Shown piece by piece: positions 41,175 through 50,648 of a stretch of DNA of 64,000 nt. Every line of letters begins with the position of its first letter. The stretch's first letter is position 1. The notes below the pieces were generated by a model. That model did not search any database. It was not told the DNA's origin and worked only from the letters and a program-made list of their open reading frames with translations. Source of the stretch: an uncultured Candidatus Saccharibacteria bacterium (GTDB lineage Bacteria > Patescibacteriota > Minisyncoccia > Phycocordibacterales > PALSA-1337); contig CAZMFR010000003.1 of the NCBI GenBank assembly GCA_964565685.1, positions 20,709 to 84,708 on the forward strand, given 5' to 3'. Both the position numbers and the translations under genes were made by a program.

Positions 41175-43136
41175 CTAAACCACCTCCTCCCTTTTCTTTG
41201 GCTGGACGCCATGAGCGACGAGGATCGACTCGAATTCGTCTCGTTCGATGGTCTCCTTCTCTATGAGGCGCTTTGCGATAGCATCTAGGAGAGGGCGATG
41301 GATTTTGACGGCCGTGTCTGCGCGCTTCAACGATTCAGCCATGATGTGCGAGACTTCAGCATCTATTTCACCAGCTACTTTTTCCGAAAATTCTCCAGCT
41401 TTGATCCCTTCACCAAAGACGGCTCGGCTTTCGGATGCCTCAAAAGCCATAGCGCCAAGCTTGTCGGACATTCCATAGCGAGTAACCATGTCTCTCGCCA
41501 GAGCGGTCGATACTTGCAAATCGTTCGATGGACCAGTCGTGACATCGCCGAACACCATGCGTTCCGTTACATATCCGCCCAAAGACATGGCGATAGTGTC
41601 GAGAAAGGCCTTCTTTGATTGGAGCTTGCGATCTTCCACGGGAAGATGGAGTGTGTAGCCGCCGGCGCGCCCGCGGGCGATTATAGAGATCTTGTGCACA
41701 GGATCGGAATTTTCTAGGACTGACCCTACGAGCGCATGACCTGCCTCATGATACGCCGTTATCTCTTTTTCTTTTTTCGATAGAATATGGCTCTTGCGCT
41801 CCGGACCTAGCATGACCTTTTCTATCGAGCGGATCAAATCGTATTGAGAGACTTTCGTGCGATTTTCACGAGCCGCCAAAATAGCGCCTTCGTTCATGAG
41901 CGAATATAGATCAGCGCCAGAAAATCCCGGCGTGCGCTCGGCCACCACGCGCAAGTTTATGTCTTCGGCAAACGGCTTCTTTCGCGAGTGGATCTTCAAG
42001 ATCTCCTCGCGGTCATTTCGATCTGGCAGATCGATGATGACGCGGCGATCGAAACGACCCGGTCGCAGAAGCGCGGGGTCGAGAACATCCGGTCTGTTTG
42101 TCGCGGCCATGACTACGATTTTCTCATGCGGCTCAAAGCCGTCCATTTCGACGAGGATCTGATTCAGGGTCTGTTCGCGCTCATCATTTCCTCCGCCTAC
42201 TCCGCCGCCGCGAACTCGGCCGACTGCATCAATTTCGTCGACAAAGATGATAGCCGCGGGACTCTGCCTCGCCATCTTGAACAGATCGCGGACACGGCTA
42301 GCTCCGACACCCACGAACATTTCCACAAATTCCGAACCGGATATCGAGAAGAAGGCCACGCCAGCTTCGCCTGCCACCGCCCGAGCCAACAATGTCTTGC
42401 CTGTACCAGGCGCGCCCATTAGCAGGATGCCCTTTGGAATCTGCGCGCCGATATCTAAAAATTTCTTCGGATTTTTGAGAAAATCGACTACTTCTAACAG
42501 CTCCTGTTTCGCTTCTTTTGCTCCAGCCACGTCTTTGAACGTCACTTTTTCTTTGCCGTCTTCTGGCATGCTTATCCTCGCTTTTGATTGACCAAAGGAA
42601 AAGACCTGCATCCCAGCCCCGCGCATCTGTCGCGTCATAAGCCAGAGGAAAAACACTACGAAAAGTATGGATCCTATGATCGGCGCAAAGCTTTCCAATA
42701 GCAGTAACAGACCGGATGGCTGTTCGACGCTTATATCGACATTGCTCAGTTGCTTTGGTGTGATCCCATAATGGATGATAGTATCTGTAAGAGAGGAATT
42801 GTCTTCGAGCTGAGTGGATTTCAACGTGCCGTCTTTGTAGGTGGCGTCTACGTCACTGCCCTTGACCACGATTGAAGCCACCGAACTGGAGGCAATGCCG
42901 TTCGCCAGATCGGTCAAACTGATCGGCGTGCCTGAAACGCTATTCTGGGCGATAGCCGAATATATGCTGACAACGAGGAAAAGTATGACCAAGCCGGCCG
43001 AAATGGTGTTTATCCAGCCCCAGCGCGGCGGCAAGGGACCTTTTTTCTTGGGCTGATTCTTGCCCTTGTCATTGCTTGCTGAAAAATTGGTATTATCAGG
43101 AATTCCGTTTGGATTCATAGCGTTATGATTATACAC
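41175..43136 (-). CDS. ftsH: ATP-dependent zinc metalloprotease FtsH
   Basis: AAA+ Walker A GPPGTGKT, SRH, and the HEAGH zinc motif. Two N-terminal TM helices. Confidence 0.95.
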   Translation of the reverse strand: MYNHNAMNPNGIPDNTNFSASNDKGKNQPKKKGPLPPRWGWINTISAGLVILFLVVSIYSAIAQNSVSGTPISLTDLANGIASSSVASIVVKGSDVDATYKDGTLKSTQLEDNSSLTDTIIHYGITPKQLSNVDISVEQPSGLLLLLESFAPIIGSILFVVFFLWLMTRQMRGAGMQVFSFGQSKARISMPEDGKEKVTFKDVAGAKEAKQELLEVVDFLKNPKKFLDIGAQIPKGILLMGAPGTGKTLLARAVAGEAGVAFFSISGSEFVEMFVGVGASRVRDLFKMARQSPAAIIFVDEIDAVGRVRGGGVGGGNDEREQTLNQILVEMDGFEPHEKIVVMAATNRPDVLDPALLRPGRFDRRVIIDLPDRNDREEILKIHSRKKPFAEDINLRVVAERTPGFSGADLYSLMNEGAILAARENRTKVSQYDLIRSIEKVMLGPERKSHILSKKEKEITAYHEAGHALVGSVLENSDPVHKISIIARGRAGGYTLHLPVEDRKLQSKKAFLDTIAMSLGGYVTERMVFGDVTTGPSNDLQVSTALARDMVTRYGMSDKLGAMAFEASESRAVFGEGIKAGEFSEKVAGEIDAEVSHIMAESLKRADTAVKIHRPLLDAIAKRLIEKETIERDEFESILVAHGVQPKKREEVV

Positions 43137-43202
43137 AAAAAACGGGATTTGTCATCACTAAACGTTACATGAATTACATTTCAAAAGAGAGTTTTTCCTT
43201 AT

Positions 43203-43231
43203 AAAAAAACACCGCAGGATTCCTCCTGCGG
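43203..43231 (-). terminator. Intrinsic terminator after the small zinc-ribbon gene
   Basis: CCGCAGGAGGAATCCTGCGG hairpin followed by a T-run on the minus strand. Confidence 0.55.
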
Positions 43232-43245
43232 CGAATAAAACCAGG

Positions 43246-43536
43246 TTAATACGTCATCCTATTTCGGTTAGAAAACTCCTTTGGATACGATTTGACTATA
43301 AATTCAACGTCATGTTGGGGACATGCAGGATTATTGCACCGATAGTAAGTGGTAGTAATGCCTTTGGCCCTACCAGAAGCGCTTGACTGAATAAATTCGC
43401 GTTCATGCCAGCGCTCAAAATACCACATCGACCCGCAATGCTGACATCGTCTGGTCCATCGCTTGTAAAGACGATAGAGAGCCCAAACGACAACGATAGT
43501 TGTGACAAGACCGACCATCTGCCATTCGTACTTCAT
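43246..43536 (-). CDS. Small membrane protein with a CxxC…CxxC zinc-ribbon
   Basis: N-terminal TM helix, then CQHCGS…CNNPACP. Confidence 0.45.
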   Translation of the reverse strand: MKYEWQMVGLVTTIVVVWALYRLYKRWTRRCQHCGSMWYFERWHEREFIQSSASGRAKGITTTYYRCNNPACPQHDVEFIVKSYPKEFSNRNRMTY

Positions 43537-43702
43537 ATGGATTCCTTTCGGTTTAATGATTGTTTAATTTTCAAAATTTTTGTCCAAAACTGCGTTTAGT
43601 GATATCATTTATAGGTCAAGAAGTCAACCCTGTTCCCTTCATGCTACGTTAAAACTTCGCAGGGCAAACAAGCTGTGCAACTTTTTGCCAAACAGATAAG
43701 AT

Positions 43703-44146
43703 ATGGCTTTGCTAGAAAACAAAAAAATATATTTCGATTACGATATCATCGAGAAGCTCGAGGCGGGTATAGAGCTGCTCGGAACGGAGGTCAAGTCGCT
43801 CCGAAGCGGCAAGGGCTCGCTAGTCGGCGCATATATAATAGTGCGCGGCGGCGAGGCGTATGCATCAAACATGGACATTCCGGCGTATCAGGAAAAGAAC
43901 GCGCCAATCGGCTATGATCCAAAGCGCTTGCGCAAGCTCCTTCTGTCAAAAGCAGAAATAACGCGTCTCGCTGGAATTGAAGCAAAAAAAGGTTTGACAA
44001 TAGTGCCAATTTCAATATATAATAAGGGTCCAAAGCTCAAACTAGAGATCGCGGTCGTTCGAGGCAAGAAAACCCATAACAAAAAAGAAAGCCAGAAAAA
44101 TCGCGATGTCGAGCGAGAGGTCAGAAGAGAATATAGCGATCGTTGA
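43703..44146 (+). CDS. smpB: SsrA-binding protein SmpB
   Basis: N-terminal pattern ENKK.YFDY.I...EAGI.L.G.EVKS…, 147 aa. Confidence 0.9.
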   Translation: MALLENKKIYFDYDIIEKLEAGIELLGTEVKSLRSGKGSLVGAYIIVRGGEAYASNMDIPAYQEKNAPIGYDPKRLRKLLLSKAEITRLAGIEAKKGLTIVPISIYNKGPKLKLEIAVVRGKKTHNKKESQKNRDVEREVRREYSDR

Positions 44147-44157
44147 CAAAAAAATTT

Positions 44158-44563
44158 GGGGATGCCAGGCATCGACAGGAGATTCCGGCCGTCCCGCGCG
44201 ATGAGAGCACTATCGACTCTAAAATCCGATGGAAACGCCAACTGCAAACACAGTAGCTAAGAGCTCGGTTCGTTCACCGTATTTTTCGATGAACAGCTTC
44301 GCTTTCGCACTCGCTTAAACTAGTTTTAGGTCAGTACGGCGCTCTGCTATCCGCGACCGCAGGATAGTCGGGGTGAAATAACCGCGGTCTCTAGGTGGAT
44401 CCCCTTCCCGGCTTCCACTCGAACGTTTCGGGAATCGTATTCTCTGCATTTCGCTCGCTTTACGAGCAGAGAATATCAAACGCCGCAAGGCCCAAAGCGT
44501 CCTACCATCGTACACGCGCCTCGACCGTTTTTCTGCACGCGCGTTCAATTCGCGCCATCTCCA
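44158..44563 (+). ncRNA. ssrA: tmRNA (SsrA)
   Basis: Starts GGGGATG. The 3' end has T-arm GCGCGTTCAATTCGCGC plus acceptor CATCTCC-A, which pairs with the 5' end including a G3:U70 pair. A candidate tag ORF ends …SFAFALA-TAA. Lies immediately downstream of smpB. Confidence 0.75.
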
Positions 44564-44588
44564 CAAAAATACTATAATATCCTTTCAA

Positions 44589-45671
44589 ATGTCCAATATT
44601 GAAACCACCTGGAAAATATATGACGTCAATGAAACGGCGCTAGAAGCCATGATCGCCGATTGCAAGAAAGCGACAAAAAGCATCGTATTGGAGCAACTGA
44701 TCTTTGTCACGGACAGTTTCGGCCGACGCCTCATTGACGTATGCGCCGAACGTGCGAAGGCAGGGGTGAAAGTAAGATTCCTATGGGACGCATGGGGATC
44801 ATTCAGCTTCTTTGGATCAACCATCATCGAAGACTTCAAAGAGAAAGGCATCGAGCTGGTCTTTTGGAAAACTATCATCCCTGCATATTACAAAATACCG
44901 AATTTCCGTTCGTGGTTCTTTCGCAATCATCGACGAACACTGGTCATCGACGAAAAGATCGGCTACACCGGCAGTATGTGCGTAAAAGACGAAATGAAAA
45001 ACTTCCATGATACGAACATACGCATAGAAGGCATTGCAGTAGGAGAGATGCAAAACGCCTTCGATAGGATGTGGGCGCGCGCCCTTGATCAAAAGCCATT
45101 GCCGGCGCGCATCAAGACCAGAGACGATGAATTCCGTTATATCAAGAATTATCCATTGCCTGGAAGGCGGCATCTGTATGCGAATCTAATCGAAGTGATA
45201 CGCCATTCCAGGAAATATATCTACATAACCACTCCATATTTCGTACCGACTCGCCGGCTCGCTCGCGTTCTGCGATTGGCCGCGCACAGAAACGTCGATG
45301 TAAAGATAATCATGCCGGAGGTTTCAAACCATTCTTTTGTCGACGTGGCCGCCAGGACTTTCTTTTCCTCGATGCTATCGTCTGGTGTCAAAATCTTCTT
45401 ATATCAAGGGAAAAACATCCACGGGAAAACCGCCGTCATCGATGGCGACTGGGCTTCTGTCGGCAGCATGAACATGGATGGCATAAGTCTTCTATATAAT
45501 TTTGAGGCGAACATCGTCTCCACAAATTCAAAATTCGCAGAGGAAATGGTGGCGCATTTTGTCCACGACCTGCAAAATGCAAAAGAAGTCACTTTGAAAG
45601 AATGGGAAAAACGCTCGTTTCTGCAAAAATGGCTGGAATTCCCGGCAAGGTTAGTCAGGAAGTTTTTATAG
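44589..45671 (+). CDS. Phospholipase D / cardiolipin synthase-family protein (two HKD-like motifs)
   Basis: The second motif HGKTAVIDGDWASVGSMN is canonical. The first is degenerate (HRRTLVID). Confidence 0.7.
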   Translation: MSNIETTWKIYDVNETALEAMIADCKKATKSIVLEQLIFVTDSFGRRLIDVCAERAKAGVKVRFLWDAWGSFSFFGSTIIEDFKEKGIELVFWKTIIPAYYKIPNFRSWFFRNHRRTLVIDEKIGYTGSMCVKDEMKNFHDTNIRIEGIAVGEMQNAFDRMWARALDQKPLPARIKTRDDEFRYIKNYPLPGRRHLYANLIEVIRHSRKYIYITTPYFVPTRRLARVLRLAAHRNVDVKIIMPEVSNHSFVDVAARTFFSSMLSSGVKIFLYQGKNIHGKTAVIDGDWASVGSMNMDGISLLYNFEANIVSTNSKFAEEMVAHFVHDLQNAKEVTLKEWEKRSFLQKWLEFPARLVRKFL

Positions 45672-45688
45672 ATTAGAATAAATCATAT

Positions 45689-46246
45689 TTGCGCATATGT
45701 TTCTCTTGTGCTATACTTTCCCCTACCTCCTTGGCTACAATAAGAGTCAGAATAAATCATCAGATAAAGGCGCCTGAATTGCGCGTCATTACCGAAGATG
45801 GGGCAAACCTCGGTGTAGTTACTTTTGCTACCGCCCTGAAGGAGGCCAGAGCCAGAAACCTTGACCTTATCGAGATTTCGCCAAATGCAGTGCCGCCAGT
45901 TGCGAAAATCATGGATTATGGTAAGTTTCAGTATGCCGAGCGCAAAAAGCAAAAAGAGACCAAATCTCGCGTTCAATCCTCGGAATTAAAGATAATCCAG
46001 GTCAAAATAGGCACCGGCGAGCATGATCTAGAGCTAAAAGCCAGAAAGGCGTCAGAATGGCTGGCAGAAGGCAATCGTGTAAAAATCGACCTTTATTTGA
46101 TCGGACGATCAAAGTACATGGACATCAATTTTCTAAAGGAACGCATGGAGAGGTTGTTCAAGCTCATAACCACCGAATACCGGATCGCTAGCGAGCCGGT
46201 AAAGGGTCCAAAGGGATTGAGCGCAGTATTAGAGAAAAAGAAATAA
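45689..46246 (+). CDS. infC: Translation initiation factor IF-3. The true start is probably a downstream non-AUG codon (ATA/ATT) near 45740.
   Basis: INHQIKAPELRVITEDGANLGVV… matches the IF-3 N- and C-domains. Followed by rpmI and rplT. Confidence 0.85.
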   Translation: MRICFSCAILSPTSLATIRVRINHQIKAPELRVITEDGANLGVVTFATALKEARARNLDLIEISPNAVPPVAKIMDYGKFQYAERKKQKETKSRVQSSELKIIQVKIGTGEHDLELKARKASEWLAEGNRVKIDLYLIGRSKYMDINFLKERMERLFKLITTEYRIASEPVKGPKGLSAVLEKKK

Positions 46247-46251
46247 CCAAC

Positions 46252-46440
46252 ATGAAAACAAATAAATCATATTCAAAACGGCTAAAGATAACAAAAAACG
46301 GCAAGATCCTCGGTCGCGGCACAGGACAAAACCATTTCAATGCAAAGGAGAGCCGTCGCAGTCAGCTGCGCAAGAAGCGCATGACCAGCTTTGCCATGTC
46401 GAACAAGGCAAAAAGCCGTTTTCTGGTCAATATGAAGTAA
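46252..46440 (+). CDS. rpmI: 50S ribosomal protein L35
   Basis: 62-aa basic protein within the infC-rpmI-rplT operon. Confidence 0.8.
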   Translation: MKTNKSYSKRLKITKNGKILGRGTGQNHFNAKESRRSQLRKKRMTSFAMSNKAKSRFLVNMK

Positions 46441-46490
46441 ATTATAAAAAATAAAAGATTCAAAATTCTTAAACTTAATCCCCCACTACT

Positions 46491-46841
46491 ATGAGCCGCG
46501 TAAAAAAAGGAGTAAATGCGCTTAAGACCCGCAGAAATATATTAAAACAAGTCAAGGGCTATCGTTTTCGCCGATCAAAGACAGAGCGTGCCGCCTATGA
46601 AGCTATTTCGCATGCCGGTGCTTATGCATTTGCTCATCGTCGCGACAAAAAAGGTGATTATCGCCGTCTCTGGAATGTCAAAATAAATGCCGCCCTCCGC
46701 AACATCGACGAGAAAAATTCATACAGCAAATTCATCGGCGCTTTGAAAAAGGCAAAGATCACTCTCGACCGCAAATCGCTCGCCAATTTGGCAGAATTCA
46801 AGCCAGAGACGTTCAAGAAGGTTGTTGCAAAAGTGAAATAA
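46491..46841 (+). CDS. rplT: 50S ribosomal protein L20
   Basis: MSRVKKGVNALKTRRNILKQVKGYR… L20 signature. Confidence 0.9.
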   Translation: MSRVKKGVNALKTRRNILKQVKGYRFRRSKTERAAYEAISHAGAYAFAHRRDKKGDYRRLWNVKINAALRNIDEKNSYSKFIGALKKAKITLDRKSLANLAEFKPETFKKVVAKVK

Positions 46842-46873
46842 GATACGCAAAGAAAGATCATCAAAAAGCTTAG

Positions 46874-46898
46874 AAAACCCCGCTTAATCGGGGTTTTT
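46874..46898 (+). terminator. Intrinsic terminator after rplT
   Basis: AAAACCCCGCTTAATCGGGGTTTTT. Confidence 0.75.
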
Positions 46899-46915
46899 CG
46901 ATGATGCTATTTTAA

Positions 46916-47146
46916 TTACTTACCATAAAGTTCTTTCCATACACGTCTCTCTCGAGCAAGCTTTCTCCTGTATTCTTCAAAATACTTGAACCTTAGCCCG
47001 TCTTTCGTCATCGGCTCAAAACCGAGCGCCCCTTCGGTTGTCACATGATTGAGAAAAAGCTTGATGCCGCCAGAAAGATCCGTACCCATGGATTCAAAAA
47101 CCTCCGAAGCTTTATCTTTGATCTCTTTATCGATACGGATACTCAT
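46916..47146 (-). CDS. DinJ/RelB-family antitoxin-like DNA-binding protein (orphan), trimmed to MSIRIDKEI
   Basis: SIRIDKEIKDKASEVFESMGTDLSGGIKLFL resembles DinJ. No toxin gene is adjacent. Confidence 0.55.
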   Translation of the reverse strand: MSIRIDKEIKDKASEVFESMGTDLSGGIKLFLNHVTTEGALGFEPMTKDGLRFKYFEEYRRKLARERRVWKELYGK

Positions 47147-47174
47147 AACTACCTGTTCCTGTGAGGAATTCATC

Positions 47175-47199
47175 ATATAATTGTATGACAATGTATATA
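47175..47199. promoter_or_regulatory. Palindrome copy 1 (TGACAATGTATATACATTGTAAA), a candidate operator
   Basis: Near-perfect inverted repeat 30–50 bp upstream of the DinJ-like start. Confidence 0.5.
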
Positions 47200-47375
47200 C
47201 ATTGTAAATCGCGACAAAAAAGTGAAGGGATCATGCCACTTGGCCACGATTGCGAACAACTATCATTTCATGCTTTTTGTTTTAACACAATTTTCTGCAC
47301 ATCTTTAAGGACAACCGGTTTAGTTTAAGCAGTGTGTATATGATGCGACGCGGGATGTACATGCTTTTAAACTGT

Positions 47376-47405
47376 ATGTTTACAATGTATATACATTGTA
47401 AACAT
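47376..47405. promoter_or_regulatory. Palindrome copy 2 (ATGTTTACAATGTATATACATTGTAAACAT), a perfect 30 bp
   Basis: Perfect dyad symmetry. Confidence 0.55.
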
Positions 47406-47627
47406 CACTCAAAATGAAGATCTCCCACTACCATCCATTTTTATCATCATTTTTATATTCGGTTTCTTCTCGCGCATACATATTTTCAAGCTTTTTCGGA
47501 AAGCACTTTTAAAAAACTCCTTTGTGGGCAAGTCCTTTATGTTTTCTCCATAGCGATGCAATTAAAATTCGAAAGTTTTTGCCGCAAACATAGGGACGAC
47601 GGGCGTCCTGTATTGTTTTTATAGGCA

Positions 47628-47659
47628 TGTTTACAATGTATATACAATGTAAACATTGT
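47628..47659. promoter_or_regulatory. Palindrome copy 3 (GTTTACAATGTATATACAATGTAAAC)
   Basis: Same motif with one mismatch. Confidence 0.5.
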
Positions 47660-47707
47660 CGGAAAAAAGAAAAGCCCCGAGAAGGAGCTTTTTTGACTGC
47701 AAATCAT

Positions 47708-48118
47708 TTAATTGGATATTTTTACCACACACTTTCTATGATAAATAGTGGCTGCCTTTAGAGATTCAGCTATCCAACCTCTTGAAACACATGCTTTTAT
47801 CAAAATCTTCCATTCTTCTGGTTCAAGACTTCGACCTGCTAACTTTGCTACGTGCATAGCGTCTCGCAAAAAACCGGCTTTAATGGAAGCTTTTAGGAGA
47901 GCTTCTTTTTCAGACGGCGCAAGCTCACGCCCAGCGAGTCGCGCAGCATTAATCGCAGATATGTAGCGTCCACTACGGATGCTATTCCTGATAAGTTTAT
48001 CAAGTTCGCGTGGTCTCAACTTCCTTCTTCCAAGGCTTGCAGCGATATGAGCATCAGCAGGCCTACCTTTTCTGACCAACATGGAAACAATCATATCCGT
48101 ACCAGCTTTACTAATCAT
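47708..48118 (-). CDS. Small helical-repeat hypothetical protein
   Basis: Internal repeats AARLAGRELAPSEKEALLKA and VAKLAGRSLEPEEWKILIKA. Confidence 0.35.
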   Translation of the reverse strand: MISKAGTDMIVSMLVRKGRPADAHIAASLGRRKLRPRELDKLIRNSIRSGRYISAINAARLAGRELAPSEKEALLKASIKAGFLRDAMHVAKLAGRSLEPEEWKILIKACVSRGWIAESLKAATIYHRKCVVKISN

Positions 48119-48214
48119 ATATTTTCCTTTCTCAAAAAGATTTAACTAAAAGAACAAACAAATTAAGTCTTACAAATAAAAAAGCATGTGTCAAATCTAC
48201 AAACAAAATGGATG

Positions 48215-49606
48215 TTAACCCAACTCATACGTCTTTTTCGCATCCGGCACGATAGCATTGACGTCGAGCTCATCGCGCAGCCGTTGCGTCAAAAACATCG
48301 AGGTTTTCGGCTCGCCCATGGTGACAAAAACCTGTTTCAGGGTCTTTTCCGCCTCGGCGACGAATCCGACCAAATGATCGCTGTCCTTGTGCGAGGAATA
48401 TGCCAGTATTTTTTCGATCGATGCACGCACAGGGATAGTATGGCCATCCATGACGACCTCTTTCAAACCATCGATGAGCTGTCGGCCGACGGTGCCGGCG
48501 CTCTGGTATCCCACTTCAATCAAAGTATTCCTCGCATCGGGCAAATAAAACTCTTCATGACGGGTGATGCGGCCGCCCATGGACATACCGGAACCGGCCA
48601 GAATAATTTTCGGACCTGGAATTTTTTCTATGTTCTGCGAGACATCAGCTGTCATAACATATTCCAGCCGAGGAAAATCGAATATATCCCCGTTTTTTTG
48701 GATATCTGCAAGCGCTTGATCATTAAAAAGATCTTCGTGACGCTTGTAAATGTCCGTCACTTTTATGGCAAGCGGCGAATCGACGAAAACAGGTATCGAC
48801 GGTATTGTCTTCTCTTCGACCAAATGATTCAAGTCATACAATATCACTTGGGTCCGTTCTATGGAAAAAGATGGTATGACGACTGTGCCTCCCCTATTCA
48901 CCGTCTCGTTGACTATTTCAGCCAGCTTTGTGCGACATTCCGAACGCGGCTGATGGTTACGGTCGCCATAAACGCTTTCCATGACAAGATAATCCGCGCC
49001 AACGATCGATTCAGTGTCGCGCAGGAGCGGCGCCGGCGTATTGCCGAGATCGCCAGTCAAAATGATATTCTTGCCGTTGTCAAAAGAGAACTTGTACATA
49101 GTCGAACCCAGAACATGACCGGAATCGAGCAAATTCAAGGAAAAACCGGGGAATTTCGTCTCTGTATGATATTGGAGCGTTTTCCAATTCATAAAAGAAT
49201 TATGCACATCGTCCAAGTCATACAATGGCTCTTTACGATGATCGCGCCGCGCTTCGCCGGCAAGAATACCAGCACCATCTTGTAAAATGAGCATCGCTAG
49301 CTCGCGAGTCGGCTCTGTAGAATATATCTCCCCTTTAAACCCTTCTTTGATCAATTTTGGAATACGTCCGACATGGTCTAGATGCGCATGAGTGATGAAA
49401 AGATACTTGACCTCTTTCGGATCATAGCCGAATGGATCCCAGTTTAATTCCTGTGCTGATTTTTCTCCCTGGATCAAACCGCAATCTACGAGAATTTTAC
49501 AAGATGGCGCCCCGGAATCGCCAGCAGGAATTTCCAACATAAAATTCGCGCCTGTGACGCTACCGACCCCGCCATAGCATGTTAATGTAGGGTGCTTGTC
49601 ATCCAT
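48215..49606 (-). CDS. rnj: RNase J-family ribonuclease (MBL fold plus β-CASP)
   Basis: HAHLDHVG metallo-β-lactamase motif and β-CASP motifs, 463 aa. Confidence 0.85.
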   Translation of the reverse strand: MDDKHPTLTCYGGVGSVTGANFMLEIPAGDSGAPSCKILVDCGLIQGEKSAQELNWDPFGYDPKEVKYLFITHAHLDHVGRIPKLIKEGFKGEIYSTEPTRELAMLILQDGAGILAGEARRDHRKEPLYDLDDVHNSFMNWKTLQYHTETKFPGFSLNLLDSGHVLGSTMYKFSFDNGKNIILTGDLGNTPAPLLRDTESIVGADYLVMESVYGDRNHQPRSECRTKLAEIVNETVNRGGTVVIPSFSIERTQVILYDLNHLVEEKTIPSIPVFVDSPLAIKVTDIYKRHEDLFNDQALADIQKNGDIFDFPRLEYVMTADVSQNIEKIPGPKIILAGSGMSMGGRITRHEEFYLPDARNTLIEVGYQSAGTVGRQLIDGLKEVVMDGHTIPVRASIEKILAYSSHKDSDHLVGFVAEAEKTLKQVFVTMGEPKTSMFLTQRLRDELDVNAIVPDAKKTYELG

Positions 49607-49692
49607 GAGTCAAGTATAAAGTAGAAAATGCAAAGTAGAAAGTGGATACGATATGTATTTCCTCTCTACTTTATAATTTTCGCTTTCTGCTT
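49607..49692 (-). repeat. Copy B of the ~80-nt upstream element, directly abutting the RNase J start codon
   Basis: Aligned directly with 4297..4374 (gtataaagtagaaa…aaagtagaaagtggata…cgctttct). Confidence 0.7.
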
Positions 49693-49985
49693 ATAACGTC
49701 AATCGCCGCACCAGATGATCGATGCGGCGATGCAGGCTACCGAGGCATTAAACTAAACTTTGTGAGCTTAGGTGGGTTTCCTCAAAGTGAACGCCAAGGC
49801 GCCGCTTAATTTGAATTTTATAAAATAGAATTCATTGGAATCCCTGAAATATTGGTATAGGTTTTTATGCTTCAGTAACCTGGCATAAGTATGAACCTAA
49901 AAAATAAAGTGACAAGGGTGGATAAGTATTCGGAAAGATTATTGACAAAGATGCAAATCAAATAGTTTGAGAAAAACCGAATAGT

Positions 49986-50603
49986 TTATCCCAGTATCCC
50001 ATCCAAGTCAACATCATAAAGCATTTTCTCGTTGATTGTTTTATATTTCATCAATTCGTTCGGCTTGAACCAATGGTTTATCTCGTCGTTGGCCTCCTTG
50101 ACCGAGCCAGAAGCATGGACTACGTTTCGTACGGCGCGCGCATCGGTATCCGACATCTGATATGAATCCAACACATAATCGCCACGGATAGTGCCAACGT
50201 CCGATGAGAGAGGTTCCGTCGAACCAACGAGTTTGCGGACAATTTGAACAGCATGCGCGCCCTCCAGAACAAAAGCCACTATAGGACCAGCAGTCATATA
50301 TGTGACCAGATTTTTAAGGATTTTTGCGGTTATTTCAAGGGGGTCATTTGATGGTGGCGTCAGACCTTTGCTCAAGTAGTTTTTTATGGTTTTTTCACCG
50401 GTAACACGGCGCCATGCTGGATCGAGGGTGTAATGTTTTTCGATGAGTTCAGGCGTAGCCATCATCATCTTCATAGCAGCCACCTTTAGTCCGACACGTT
50501 CGAACCTCCCGATGACTTCGCCTATCAAGGCGCGTTGGACGCCGTCCGGTTTTATGATGACAAATGTGCGTTCGTGACGCGGATGTGTGCGATCTGATTT
50601 CAT
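49986..50603 (-). CDS. ndk: Nucleoside diphosphate kinase, with an internal ~40-aa insertion
   Basis: FVIIKPDGVQR…NVVHASGS NDK motifs. Confidence 0.8.
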   Translation of the reverse strand: MKSDRTHPRHERTFVIIKPDGVQRALIGEVIGRFERVGLKVAAMKMMMATPELIEKHYTLDPAWRRVTGEKTIKNYLSKGLTPPSNDPLEITAKILKNLVTYMTAGPIVAFVLEGAHAVQIVRKLVGSTEPLSSDVGTIRGDYVLDSYQMSDTDARAVRNVVHASGSVKEANDEINHWFKPNELMKYKTINEKMLYDVDLDGILG

Positions 50604-50648
50604 TTGGACAATAATACAGGAAAATAAACGCGATAGCAAATAATGACG

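Noticed and set aside
44315-44577. ORFs 44315..44566 (-) and 44395..44577 (+)
   Set aside because: They overlap the tmRNA gene, and the structural RNA evidence is stronger.
46916-47191. DinJ-like gene as part of a complete type II toxin–antitoxin pair
   Set aside because: No RelE/YafQ/ParE-like ORF is adjacent on either side, so it is treated as an orphan RHH-like regulator.
48188-49285. 365-aa plus-strand ORF
   Set aside because: It is entirely antisense to the RNase J gene, which has clear MBL and β-CASP motifs. Low-complexity translation makes it a spurious ORF.
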